Assembly (NCBI GenBank): GCA_026025075.1
Contig: JAPEUI010000122.1
Coordinates: 1-48,066, forward strand
DNA: 48,066 nt
Direction of reading: 5' to 3'
Source: Vezdaea acicularis
Lineage: Eukaryota
Positions 9,820-22,141 of this stretch are shown here, in pieces. The position numbers and the translations under genes are program-made. Every line of letters starts with the position of its first letter. Position 1 is the stretch's first letter. The notes beneath the pieces are model-generated. The model did not search any database. It saw only the letters and a program-made list of their open reading frames with translations, and was not told the DNA's origin.

Positions 9820-11194
9820 TTAAACCTTTGGTCTGTCGCGGGTCAGAGCCCTCTCTAACCAAGCTGCCGCGCTCCTGATGGCTTCCTCTCTCCATATACC
9901 TTCCCCGTCAAGCTCTGCAAATTGTATCCTATCATTTGCTGCATTCTCTGCGCTCTTATCAAAGGTTACTCCTTCATTTTCATCCACATCGTAGTCGCTT
10001 AAACCTTTCTCCATCCTTCTTGCGCTTAGCAATACGCTCCGCCGCATTCGAGCCGCAAGCTCGAAGTTCTGCTCGCGCAGAAGGGACGCATGACCTGCAA
10101 GGACACGGGTCTGGGGCAGGCTTAGCCCTGAGCCTGTTGGGGGGTAGCGTCTTGGTGACTTTCGTTTGCGCTCATAGACAGGCGGCTCAAGGGCTTCAGG
10201 ACGTTCCTCAGCCCCATTGGCTATTGCACTATCTGGAGAGAGCGGGTCAATGCCAGGCTCTTCGACAATCAATTCTTGGGACTCGACTTGGGATTCCGTG
10301 TCAATGGCAATATTTGCCGTGCGGAAGAAAAGAAGGGGTGAGGCAAACGGAGAAAAGTACTGGCTGCGGCTTTCGAAGAACCGAGTTCGGAGATCAAGGA
10401 GACGTGATGGTGTCATCTCTTGGGCCGATGCTGAAGTCAGTTGCCATGGCGAAACGGATTTAGATTTTGTCTGGTGTGGTCTTTTCAGCTTCTCAATGCT
10501 CGCATCGGGCTGGAGGACATCGCTTTCGTTCTCGCCAGGGGCCTCTAGAGTTGTAGGGAGAGTAGGTTTCTCATCAGGAAACGTCCAGTCCAGAACCGCA
10601 TTCGATATGACCGCAGCAGATATTCCGGGCCTCCCCATATGACATTCCGTCAACGCAAGCATTGAAGCAAGGCCTCCACCTACCAATTCGCCGCAGACCC
10701 CAATCTTCCTCTTCCGCTTCACCCGATCCCCATTCTCTGAATTGACGAGGTGCTCCAAGATCCAGTCGTATCCAGCCAGAACGTCGTGAATTGGTATCGG
10801 AAACCTGTGGGCAGGAGTCCATCGGTAGTTGATGCTTATGATGGTTGAGTTCGGCGCGGATGAGGAGAGGGCCGCAGCGATGGCTTGTGAGTTGAAAGCA
10901 GATGGCAAAGTGGAGGTGCTTGGAAGACTTATTATTATCGGGCTCTGGGGACTAGGGTTGAAGGCATGTTGAATACTATAACAAATCAGCTATGGTCTTG
11001 GAGCTTTAATGTGAACCGCGGCTGTACTCGAGAATAACGTGTCCGTTCGATCTAGTCTTGACGACTACCTCCTCAGATCTAGAGCTATCAACGAGTGTTG
11101 AAAAGTCACTACACTTCACTGAAAGCCCGACAAGGCGGGCTTTGCCTTGGGGCTTTGATTGCCATAGCAGGCTAGATAGTGGCCTTATTTGCAT
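9820..11194 (-). CDS. Alpha/beta-hydrolase (HSL/Abhydrolase_3-like) protein lacking the nucleophile Ser
   Basis: Exons 11194-11028 and 10975-9820 (intron GTACAG..GCTGAT..TAG). Motif INYRW..HRFPIPIHDVLAGYDW. The elbow reads GELVGG. The basic/Ser-rich N-terminus resembles a mitochondrial presequence. Confidence 0.8.
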
Positions 11195-12115
11195 CCTTCT
11201 CTACGAGTTATATGTACGAAGCGCGCCATCCTGGGCGTTACAGCGACGTTTTCATGATATTGGTGGTAGAATTGAGCTTTATTAGCCCCTAGATTTAGTC
11301 GTGTAGCTGGATATATTGAACTCTCTCATGGCTACGGTAATGATAACTTAGTATGGTAAAGGAGGCATTCTGTACAAAGGGTAGAGAAGATTGGGAAGTT
11401 CCTGCAAGTTCGCGTAGCTCATGGAGGATATCACGATATTCCTTTTTGGTCTATGTAATGAAAGATTGCTCAAATAATCATAACACAATCATTTATTAGG
11501 GAGTATGCTGTTCTACAAGAGATTGCCTATGGATCGGATCCTCCTCATATAACGATACATCGCTCATGAAGGGAAGACTCTTAGTGTACTGTGAGGTTGC
11601 TCAGGAAACGAGATTTTTCATATTTTTAGATGATCTATCACTGAGTGAGGAGTCACTAATATAACGAGAGCTTACCTAAGCAATAGCAAGAATCTCATGA
11701 TACAAGACCACATCCATAGAATGGGACGCTGGGTATATAATGAAGATTCGTTTATGAAGCGAGATTGTCACCGTCTTGCCATCAAAACTTTGACGAATCT
11801 ACAATTCGACCTGCGACCAACGGCCATTACTAGCGCTCAATGCCTTAAGGACTATGCGATTGATCTTTGACCAAGCCTGAGAGTCCAAGAAGTACACCGC
11901 CACCCGGTTCTCAGCCTCATCTCCAAGCTGAAGCATAAGGGCGGGTGTAGACAGACATGCGAGAACGTGAGTTCGCTGAATTGTAGAAAGAACCAGACGC
12001 CCGCCGCTGATGCTGAAAATGAGCAGAAAAAGCACAAGACCTCCATTCGTTAACATCGTGTAAGTGTAGAAGTACAGTTTGCACAAGAATTTCAGAGCCA
12101 AATTATGTACAAAAA

Positions 12116-14118
12116 TCAGTCGAGATGCAGAAGTTTGAAAATGTCATTACGGTGGAAAAACGAACGATTTCGTTTTCCATATATGTCTAAAATTCGATAG
12201 ATGCATTAGTATCAACCTGTATTGAACTGATAGATGTTGTTCTTACACATTGGAAGGCTGATGAGGCACACCCCAACTTGAATGCTGGCAATAATTATGA
12301 ACGTGCTCTTCACACCGGTGTGCAAGATCCAGTCGTAAGCTTTGAAGGTTAGAGCGAAGCTGAAGAAGTTCTTGAACAGGAGCAAGCAGGTAAAAGCCTC
12401 CACGGCAAATTCGCCTATGTAATGGATCAGCATTCGCCGGGAGGTTTGGCAGCGCTGGAAGTACTCACGGTGCGCATCGACGAGGTAGCTGGCCGAGGCG
12501 ACAGCTCCAATGACCATACCCATTACAATGCACCCAAAAAAGAAGTCCGGAGGAAACCAGCCGTATCTAGCCGGGTTGGCCGAACAAATACCGAATCCGT
12601 ACAAGCCCGCGCATCCAATGATAAGCTGGGGAACGACAAGGAAAATGCGAAACTCCGGCTCATAGACTCCACCATTCCGCCTTGTCAAGACTTTGCAGGA
12701 CCAGTCAGAGAAAGCGCCGGATAGAATGAACCCGAGTATAGCGCCGATGAATGGAGCCGAATATAGATAGCCTGTCTGAACCTCATTGAAGAATAGTGGG
12801 GGACTAAGGAAAACGATTGCTAAGACTACGCCGGTAAGGACAGTCCACCCAATAAGGCAGCCTTGAATAAGACAGCCCCAAAGAACCGCTGGATGAGCGA
12901 ACAGCGGAAAAGGCCGGACTAATAACTTGAAAAAGGGTTCATTGCTCTTGCGTCCGTTGAATATTTTAAGACTCTGGGCAAATGAGGCTTTTTGGGGCAG
13001 AGCTAATCGCCCTTTCTCCGTCAAGTGAGAGTTCTCCAATTCCGGGCGACGTTGATCTAGAGACGTTGTTTCTCCAGGCGTGACACTTCCTTTGGCACTC
13101 CCTGGCTGTTCAGAACCCGGATGCGAGGTAGTTGGTCGGAATAAGTCCTCCGTAGAAGCGATATCGGTGTTGAGATAATTCGAGCGGACGAAAGCAGTCT
13201 CAGGGACGAAGAAGACTATTAAGGGAAAGAAAAGTCCGGCAAAGATCGCGACAAAGTAGAAGGGCCACCTCCAACCCAGACTATATGTCATCTTGCCAAC
13301 TATGACGGGAGTGAAAAATGCTCCGCCGAAGAGCGCTAGATTGGTAAGGGCCAAACGCTTCCCTCGTTCCTAATTCATCCGTAAGGCCCCAAGTCATATG
13401 AATAGAAGCAATTGAAGCAGGCTTACGTGTGTGAAGTACAGATCTCCGACAACGGCGTTGATTAGAGCCTCGAATGGCGCGGTGGCTATTCCTTGGAATA
13501 TGCGTGCCCATAATATACTCTTATAGCTTTTACTTGCCCCAGCCCAGACGGATGACAGGATTACCAGAATGCTGCCTAGCAGAAAGAGATGCCGCTTGCC
13601 CCAGACTCTTGCTGAGGCAACGAATATTACTCCGCCTACTCCTACGCCGAGTAGGTAGTACCCAGTTAGGAGGGCGATACGTGTGAAGTCCGTGTGGAAG
13701 TTAAGGGCGAGGGTAATAGTGATTGGAGAGAGAAGTGGGCCTAGAGTGGTTGCGAGTATGCTCATGAGGGAGATAATGCTAAGGATAACGTCGCGCTTCC
13801 ATAAGGGCCAATTCTGGCAGAGAGCATCATGATCAGTAACGTAGATAGCACCAATAGGCGGCACTGACTCACGAGGGGATCATTTGGGTCATCGCTTGGC
13901 TGAGGTGATAGTATGAGGCTTCCAGTCCGATCTCGTTTGATATTTTGATTGCCGAGACCTCGATCTCCTTCTACGTTATGGTCGGTAACGCTCTCATCGA
14001 TCCACCGCGTGGTCCCTATGATCCCTCACTGTCAGCTGTATTCTTTGTGTAGAATCTCACGAGAGACTGTACCAGGCACGTGGTCCATCTTGCTGTCTGA
14101 TAGAACCCCCAAACCCAT
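12116..14118 (-). CDS. MFS transporter, HOL1-like/DHA1 group
   Basis: Six exons: 14118-14073, 14015-13873, 13813-13427, 13369-12469, 12414-12247, 12186-12116, all with canonical splice sites and in frame. Motifs PQPSDDPNDPLNWP, WGKR, DLYFTHERG, GWRW, PET, YEPEFRI, YIYGKRNR. Confidence 0.93.
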
Positions 14119-16267
14119 CTTGACCGTTTAGCTCCAAAGCTCGGGAACCCTCAACTCAGGTAGCACAATTCAAGATGCGCCGCAGCGCCTTCCTCCGGGC
14201 TGAAATGCAGGACGGAAGGTGTCCCAAGTCGAGAGTACTCCGTTATTATGAATGAGTCCCAAGTCACGTTGGGTGTGCTTTGAGATATTGGAGAGCTGAC
14301 AGTTGGACGCCGCCAACTGCAACTGAGGACGATTCGGAGAAGGGAGGTTTAGCCTCTCAATTTAGGCTTATGTGCGGCAACCGCCGTAAACCCGAGCCGA
14401 GACCATGCGAATCGTCTCCACAGTGGCTTCATATATCAAGGGGGACCCTCCCAGCACGTTGAAATACATGCTGCTTTGGGCATTACTTCCTTGTAATTTT
14501 CAAATGCTGTCACTGGGATGGGGGGCGATGGATGGTATCTTTTGCGCCGAGCAATCGGGCAACAGCCGGGGAAAGCGGAGGTTTCAATCACTCGAGTGCA
14601 GATTCTCATGTGGACCCCAGCGCATCTCTATGCAGGCGCTCAGTACCAGAAGCAAATCTGAGGCAGGTTCTCGAAAAGCAATGTCAATAAACTTTGCGCT
14701 CCTCCAAGCTTGCATGCATGCCCCATCCCCAAGCATTCCCACCAACTGCCATTCCTTCTAGAACGATCACTGTCGAGCAATAGTCAGGCTTTCGATGCGA
14801 ACAGAATCTCCTGGAGGTGTGGTCAGTCGCGCTTCTGTCGCAAAACGCAGGGCTTCAAGACATACAAGCATTTTAGTGGGAGCATTTCTCCAATAAGAGC
14901 TGTAGCACTGTTCGCAGGTGGGGACATGCGAAATGACGCGACACTTTCTTTGGCAGGTGACAGAAGAGTCGCATTCAGGAGTAGAACCTGTCTCGATGTC
15001 TTCAATGAGACAGACAAGATGTGTTAGAAGCGCACAATAGTGATCGCGAGTGACATTGGCATTGCTAGAGACGCGTGTGGAAAGCCCCTAGGTCGCGACA
15101 ATCGACTTTCTTGCGCCAGAAAGAACCCGAATGAGAAGGTGATGGTCTCGGCGAGGCGCCTAGGCATGAATGATAAGCGGCAGTGGCTCGTTATTACAGG
15201 GAAATTCCCTTATCCCAACGTGGGGCATGATGGTTTCCGTGAGTGAAAACGGCGGGACTTTTTCTACTGGTGCATGGTGCAATGCGGATCCGCAAAGGAC
15301 TACCCACTAAGTATGCAGCGATCCCATCAGCAGGCGTTGCCATAATGCATGGAAGGAGGATGTGGTAATAAGTCAAGTCTAGTTTCATCTCAGACCCAAG
15401 AGTCAGACTATGTTGGATGAACTTTTGTCATGCCCTCCGTTCGAGCGCGTGCTCGTTATCAAGCTTTGAAGCCGTTGCGCCCAATGCCGGTAATAAAGCC
15501 GAAGGATCTTATGGAGAGCCGGTCGCTATGCGTTGTGCTCTGGCAGCAGGATGGCCATGCCTACGCCTCAATGCTTACTGAACCAAGGTACTCGAAGCCG
15601 CGGACTGATTTCGGAACACCACAGTGAAGGCTAGATTGATGAAGCTTTCTTAAAATACGCTTTGGTTCGATGAAGGGACGTCCTGGAGTGAAGTAGCCAT
15701 GCACGTACATGGAGACAAGAAAGTGAACGCCGACGATTGATATCAGGAAATGGAGAATAGTCTGATGAGCGCTTCCCAATTAGAAGTAAAGAAAGACTAC
15801 CAACTTGCTTGGAAGGAAAGATGAAAAGGTTCGGTCAATCGCAAAGATACTTGTACGTAGGCAGTTAGTTTATAGTGTAGGTTTTATGAGCTTAACTAAG
15901 CCCATTATTAGAACAGCTAGAGATTTTCCGGAGGGGAGACATTCTGCAATGTTCCAATGGGTAACCCTATTCCCGGCGTCAGTCCCACATCAGTGAACGC
16001 TATGCCTTTCACGGTGGATTCCATCGCTCGGCTGGAGGAGTAGGTAGCCACAGCGCACAAGCGTACCTTTGGCCTCCGTTATGAAGGCTGCCGAGACGGG
16101 CAAAGATTGGCGCCAGTGCAGGTTAGACCGGTATTGGGGGGCATTCCTGATCGAACCTCGAGCTGAGTGGAAGCTTTCCATCCTCTTTTGTCGGTTCGCA
16201 TCGTCGACCCTCAAATATCAGCAACCTGCAAGATTGAATCGTCGATCATCCACTACTCCTTGACATC

Positions 16268-16880
16268 ATGAAGTTCTGCTCCCTTATATTCCTAGCTGGG
16301 CTCTCTGCTGTCGCCCTTGCGCAGAGTACCGCCCAACTCCCACCTTGCGCAGTAAGAACTTCTTATCATATCCGCTTCATTGGAGGCACGAGCGCTGATA
16401 TCAAAACACTAGAATAGCTGCATTGGGACCTCTGTTATGGTTCCTGGCTGCAATTCAGCTGACGTCAAATGCATCTGTCAAAACAGTGGCTATATCTCTA
16501 ATCTGGCGTGCTGCGTAAAGACGAAATGCTCTGGTCCTGATGTGCAAGCGACTCTGAATTTTGCCCTTCAGCTCTGCTCTGCGTGAGTTGCCTCGGCTCA
16601 TCTACTATTATTCTCTCCAGTCTGATCAGATTACAGCTCGGGTGTCAATCTCGATCCCAATCAGGGCTGCTCATCCAGCGCCAGTGGAACTTCGTCGGCT
16701 ACCGGCTCCACCGGTTCAACGACTTCGAGTACTTCGAGCGCAACGCAGGCTGCCCAGGGTTCTCCAAGTCCCGCGGGCTCTACGAGCTCTAGTACGAGCG
16801 CGAGCAAGGGTGGAGCAGAGCATATCGTTGGAAACGGAATGGTTGCAGGTGCCGCTGCAGCTCTTCTTGCGTTCATCTAA
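16268..16880 (+). CDS. CFEM-domain GPI-anchored cell-surface protein
   Basis: Not in the ORF track. Exons 16268-16351, 16413-16582, 16637-16880. Signal peptide MKFCSLIFLAGLSAVALA; CFEM Cys pattern LPPCA.SC..GCNSADVKCIC..ACCVKTKC..FALQLC; Ser/Thr stalk; hydrophobic C-terminus MVAGAAAALLAFI. Confidence 0.92.
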
Positions 16881-17170
16881 ACTGCGTTTTCGAAAGCGCA
16901 AAAATTTCACTGAAGCGTTCCCTCAAAGCGCACCGTTGTTGTGTTTACAATACCGAACGCTTCCTAAATTGATCCATCCAGTATCTTATTAGACGTACTG
17001 TATACTATGAAGGAGGTAATTAGAGCACCTCCGGGCGAAAGATCAGATTTTGCTTCTTGGACTATCCGGACAAACGGCACATAATGTGATGATAGTCAGT
17101 CTGCAAAAATAAAATGATGACTAACGATGTTTAAGATCCTAAGCATTTCATTCAACGAGCAGTATTGCTG

Positions 17171-18858
17171 CTACCTAGCTAGAGAAATCTCATACACGGC
17201 TGCGCCATTCCTGCCCTTGACCTTGATCCAGCGACCAAGCCGCGTTTCTTTACCCAAAGCTGCGACGATGCAAAGACCGTCCATTCCACGCTCGCCCCTC
17301 TCGAATATGGAGAGATCATTGACAACGCTTGACGGCGTAGGAAGCACACCAGTGGCTTCTAGCTTCTTCTTGTCTTCACTGACTTTCCAGATTCTCAGAT
17401 AACCATCCCAGCTTCCGGATACAACAAGGTCAGAATATGGAACAGCTGCCAACGCCGTTATCCACCTAGGTTGGGGCTGAGGTACGGTCGACTGTTGAGA
17501 ATTCGTCTCTGCGCTGAAATCTTCAGGCGCTATAGGATTTTCTAAGCCATGTGCTAGCGAAATCGACGAGAGTGGCTTTTTGCGCTGCGTTGTCCAAAGT
17601 GACAGGGAACCATTGTCTGAGCCAGTAACAAAAGTCTGCTCGTCGATCATTGCCACTCGATCCATACTACCCTCTCGGAAGCCCTTAGTACCACCGAGTG
17701 ACAGCTTATCCTTTTTCTTCTCTCCCCCACCTCCATTGAAAATCAGTTGCGATTCTTCGACCACTTTCCATAAACGTGCCGTCCGATCCCTAGCCCCGAC
17801 ACTCAAACAACGTTCAAGTGCTAGGGCGGCTATGTCTACGACCTCATCTTGGTGTCCGAAGAGCGTGTCGACATATGCGAGCTCGTTTAGACTCCATATC
17901 TTGATGGTTCTATCTTTTGCGCACGAATATAGCTGATTTGTTCCTCGACGAAAGACTAAGCCGTAAACCGAATCGCGGTGCTGGGTGAAAACTTTGAGAG
18001 GGGATAAATTCGAAGCATCCCATACAACTATGCGACGATCTCGTCCTCCCGTAGCTACGTATTTTCCATCTTGCGACGCTGCCACGGTGAGAATTTGGTC
18101 CACATGACCTAGATATCCTATGTTGCCTGCTTCAGCTTTTGTTCCCCTAACGAATGCCAGTTTTTTAGGACGTCGAGGAGGAGGGTTGCTGGCAGGCTTG
18201 ACAGGACCTCCATTGGCATCCGAAGGCGCAATTGAGGTGTTCATTGGAGCTGGTAGTTCCCATTTGATCAATGTTATGTCTTTAGACACTGTGTAAGCGT
18301 AGGGCAAAAAGGTAGCTATGCCTGTTGTTGAAAGCGTGTCGGCTCGAAATAGAGCACGAGATGCGTTGTCAAGATCAAAAGACGAAGCTATATGGCGATA
18401 TAGACGACCTTTTCCCTCTGCCTGCACAAAGCTATGAGCATCATGGTATGAAGGATATGCACGAGTCAACATACAACATCCTCTTTCAACCTTTCTGCAA
18501 TTAGATCCCGGTCAATTTCCGCAGCATCAAAACCAACTTCCTGTTCGATTTCGCCCTTTATGTTTTCTAGATATCTTTCGGCGAGCTTCAACCTTCGATC
18601 TGCGGCAGTCTCGGCCTCGACATCTTCAGAGTCGGATGTTTCCTCCCCTTCCGCCTGATCCCCCTTACGTAGAGCATCACCGCTGTCTGTATCGCTTCCT
18701 GATATTGAATCATCGCGGGTCGAGCGTTGAGGTTTACTCTGCGAAACTTTTGAAATTTCATCCACTGCTGTAGCTATTTTCTTCCTGACTGGTGTTGATT
18801 CTGAATCATTACGCTTTCGTTTTTTCTGAGTCCACGGTAAAGTGAAAAAGGAAGACAT
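17171..18858 (-). CDS. RRP9: U3 snoRNP-associated WD40 protein Rrp9 (U3-55K)
   Basis: Exons 18858-18475 and 18421-17171. Motifs ETAADRRLKLAERYL, AERLKEDV, WD repeats, LAYVDTLFGHQD, VGARDRTARLWKVVEESQLIF, ETRLGRW. Confidence 0.96.
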
Positions 18859-19156
18859 GATAGATATTCATATCATAACACTGGTTGAATTTCCGCCACC
18901 CCAATAATAAGGATCGATGGCTTGAAGTATCTTGCAGTAGCCAGCTTTCAAAATTTCCAGAAAATTTCTGGTCGCATACCTCGGAAGTTCCAAGCGCCGC
19001 ACTGGCCGCCGACATTCGGCATTTCGCTTAGCTTAAAAGGTATAGACGACCAGGCAGAGCATCTACGCGTTCCGTGCTACAGTAGTGGAACGAGGTCCTT
19101 ATACTAGCAACAGCTCAACGAACACTGTTCATTGTTCTGAATTGAATCACCGCAAA

Positions 19157-19940
19157 ATGTAAGCAAAACTTATGAACTTTATTACTTAATACTGAGCCAT
19201 ATCTAGGGAGGTCTTACTCGGGATTACAGGAAAGGACTTCACCTTGATTGCGGCATCAAAGGCTGCCATGAGAGGCGCGACTATTCTCAAAGCCTCGGAT
19301 GACAAAACCCGAGCTCTCAACAAGCATACTTTAATGGCCTTTAGCGGTGAAGCTGGTGATACCATTCAATTTGCGGAATATATCCAAGCGAATATCCAGC
19401 TGTATAGTATGAGGAATGACAATGATCTATCGCCGTCAGCTGTAGCCAATTTTGTACGAGGAGAGCTAGCTTCGAGCTTGAGATCGCGAAAGCCATATTA
19501 TGTTAATTTACTTCTTGGAGGAATGGACCCGATTACGAAGAAACCAAGCCTCTATTGGCTAGATTACCTAGCAGCACTAGCACCTTTACCATACGCCGCC
19601 CATGGCTACGCACAGTATGTACCCCCAAGGAGTGTAGCAGGCCTCTTCGATGCCTCAAATAGTTGTTAACACATATCACTCAAATAGATACTACTGCTTA
19701 TCTATACTAGACAAGCACCACCATCCTGATATTGACTTCGATCGAGGCATGGAGATCCTAAGGCTGTGCACGGATGAGCTAAAGCGTCGGTTACCTATTG
19801 ATTTCAAAGGAGTAGGTTACCAAACCGACCTAATATTTATGTTCTCGCTGACAAACCTTTAGATGCTTGTCAAATGCATAGATAAAGATGGCATAAGGGA
19901 GCTCGATTATGACGATAGCAAACCCGTCGCGGCTGCATAG
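19157..19940 (+). CDS. PRE1: 20S proteasome subunit beta-4
   Basis: Exons 19157-19158 (AT), 19207-19614, 19688-19811, 19863-19940. MEVLLGITGKDF..GEAGDTIQFAEYIQANIQLY..SLRSRKPYYVNLLLGG..AAHGYAQYYCLSILDKHHHP..ELKRRLPIDFKG. Confidence 0.97.
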
Positions 19941-20069
19941 TTCTACCAGGTCTTAATTTTAGTTAGGGTCAAGCAACCTTTAGCATTGGCATGGGATCTG
20001 TAGAATAGCTTTCACAAGGAGTTTATGCCGTGGACGGCTCGATGATATCTACTTTGACATAAGTCTTGC

Positions 20070-21861
20070 TCAACCCCTTTTCTTTGGTTCTTTTCGTCGT
20101 TCCCACACCTGTAGATAAGACTCCCCTAGGAACAAAATTTCCTTCCTAACCTCTTCTACCCACAAGTCTTGAACGCCTACCCACTCGTCCCTCGCACGAT
20201 CCCTCAATTGCACCTTCCATACGTGACTCTCCTTTTCGCCCTCCACTGCATCATCTTTACCCCTTACAGCCTCGTGCACCACATTGGCAACAAGGTCATA
20301 CCATATCGGTTCACCGTGTGGATGAAGTTTCGGATCAGGTTGAACATATGCGCTCATGTCAAGCGAGCGCGCTGGGAAAGTCACAATGGTTGGATTGCGC
20401 TCGGATACAAATTTATTAGAGCTAAAACGCTTGATGTGGAAAAGCAGGTAGGGCGGTAAAGGGTGTAGTAGGCGGTAACGTCGTCGATGGGATAGATGTT
20501 CCGCAGAGGTGAGACCATCATACTTAGAGAGAACGTTCGTTAAAGGGACCTAAGAGATGAATTAGTCACCATTGTAGTTCAGGAGTAATCAGTGGATCTC
20601 GTACTTGAGGAATGATATTACGATCAAGCTCGTCCTGAAAGAGAGGGGCCGCAGGCAGATCGAGAGTGAGCATGAGGAACCTGTTTTCTTCAACTTTAAC
20701 CTCAGCCGCTTCTTCGAACCGCAGACGGTCACCAGCATCGGCTTTGGCGGTGATCTGTTGACTTTCAATCTTGAGCTTTCCTTGGAAGACTTTCTGAATA
20801 ATACTGCTTCTAGGCTTTGTTTTGCTGCCGCCAATTGCTAAATGCATGTTATTTAAAAACCAGCTTAAAAATTCGACGGGGTCTGCTTGATGGGTAAGAG
20901 TGAAACGCTTGTTTGACCGAAGTGAAATTTCCTGGAGAAGTTCGTGGGGCGAGACGTGTGACTTGAACGCTCTTGGGTTCCATATCTTCCGGACTAAGAT
21001 CGAGAACCGTTGGGCGAGTTGCGGTTTGGTTGTAAAGTCCTCAAGCATGAAGAAATTGCGGATTGGGGGGACGTGAGCAAGTGCCTGTATTATAACGTTG
21101 AAGTAGTCATTGTCTTTAATGTTGTTCATGCCTACAAAGCCTAGAAGCAAATCGAGTCAGTACCAGCTTCAGATAGTCGGCTTAGAAGCACAAAGCTCAC
21201 CAGGTATATACTTCTTTCCCCCCAAATCCCAAGACTGTCGCGCCTCTCTATCAAGCTTTCCCACTTCCTCTTTTGAGAAAGTCGGGTCTACTACATACTT
21301 GATATCCTCTAGACTCCTCATCCTTACTTCATATCCTTCGGGTAAAACATATACCTTCTTAGTCTCCATATTAACGTAAACATGATGCCCAACCTCCAGA
21401 GCATGGAAATATGCGTGCGATTTCGGACCACGCCCCTGGTAGTACTTTCCACAAACTAAGCAGGCGTAAACGTTTATGTTGGAAAGAGTGACAGAACATA
21501 ATTTCTCGAAGTCGAAGTCTAGCACCGACCGATCAATGGTGTCTAGGTAGAGGTCGGAATAGCCTTCCGTTGGCGCATTTTGTCTTGTAGGAGCAGTAAG
21601 AACAGAATGATCTTCATCAATAGCAAGGTTTTCGAGCTGGCCTTCTGCTGTATTTGAGAAGCCCCCATTCATTCTATTTGTGTGTACGGTTTGTTGGCCA
21701 TTCCGCTCAGCTTTCATAACAGCGTGCCCATTTGTTGCTGAGTTATTGGTGCGGCGTTCGCCCTGCTCGCTGATGTCATCTTCAAAACGTGCCCTCTTGG
21801 AAGCAGGAGAATCAGCGGCGAACACCTCTTCTAATGAGTCCGTAGCTTGGCGTTTGGTCAT
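20070..21861 (-). CDS. SAD1: U4/U6.U5 tri-snRNP protein Sad1/USP39 (ZnF-UBP plus inactive USP domain)
   Basis: Exons 21861-21201, 21140-20605, 20549-20070. LDFDFEKLCSVTLSNINVYACLVCGKYYQGRG; GFVGMNNIKDNDYFN (Asp in place of the catalytic Cys, normal for this family); KSHVSPHELLQ. Confidence 0.96.
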
Positions 21862-22141
21862 GATTTGTGGCAAGCATTGAAAGATGGATATCTAAGTAGA
21901 GAGTTGGAAAGTTCGTGAAGTACCGGAGTATCGTTTTTCCTACTTGGCGAGTTAGTCGCGAAGCTCCTTCCTGAGGGACAAGAGAAGCTCATGGAGAACA
22001 CAGCTCAAAGTTCGCCTTCTATTGGCTGTTTTCTATTGGCTGTTCTCAAGAGTTCGAGGATCCAATCAATCCAACAATATGGGCTAAACCTGCCATGCTC
22101 CATAAGCATTAGCTCTGTATGATAGCATAGGCATTCTCTCA

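Noticed and set aside
14119..14410. Polyamine-sensing PS-stop uORF as in yeast HOL1
   Set aside because: The nearest upstream minus-strand ATG (14406) encodes MVSARVYGGCRT*. No Pro-Ser-stop uORF was found.
16561..16992. 143-aa Arg-rich plus-strand ORF
   Set aside because: It is an off-frame shadow of CFEM exon 3 and has a TTG start.
21100..21140. Missing catalytic Cys in the USP domain as a sign of pseudogenisation
   Set aside because: This is normal for Sad1/USP39.
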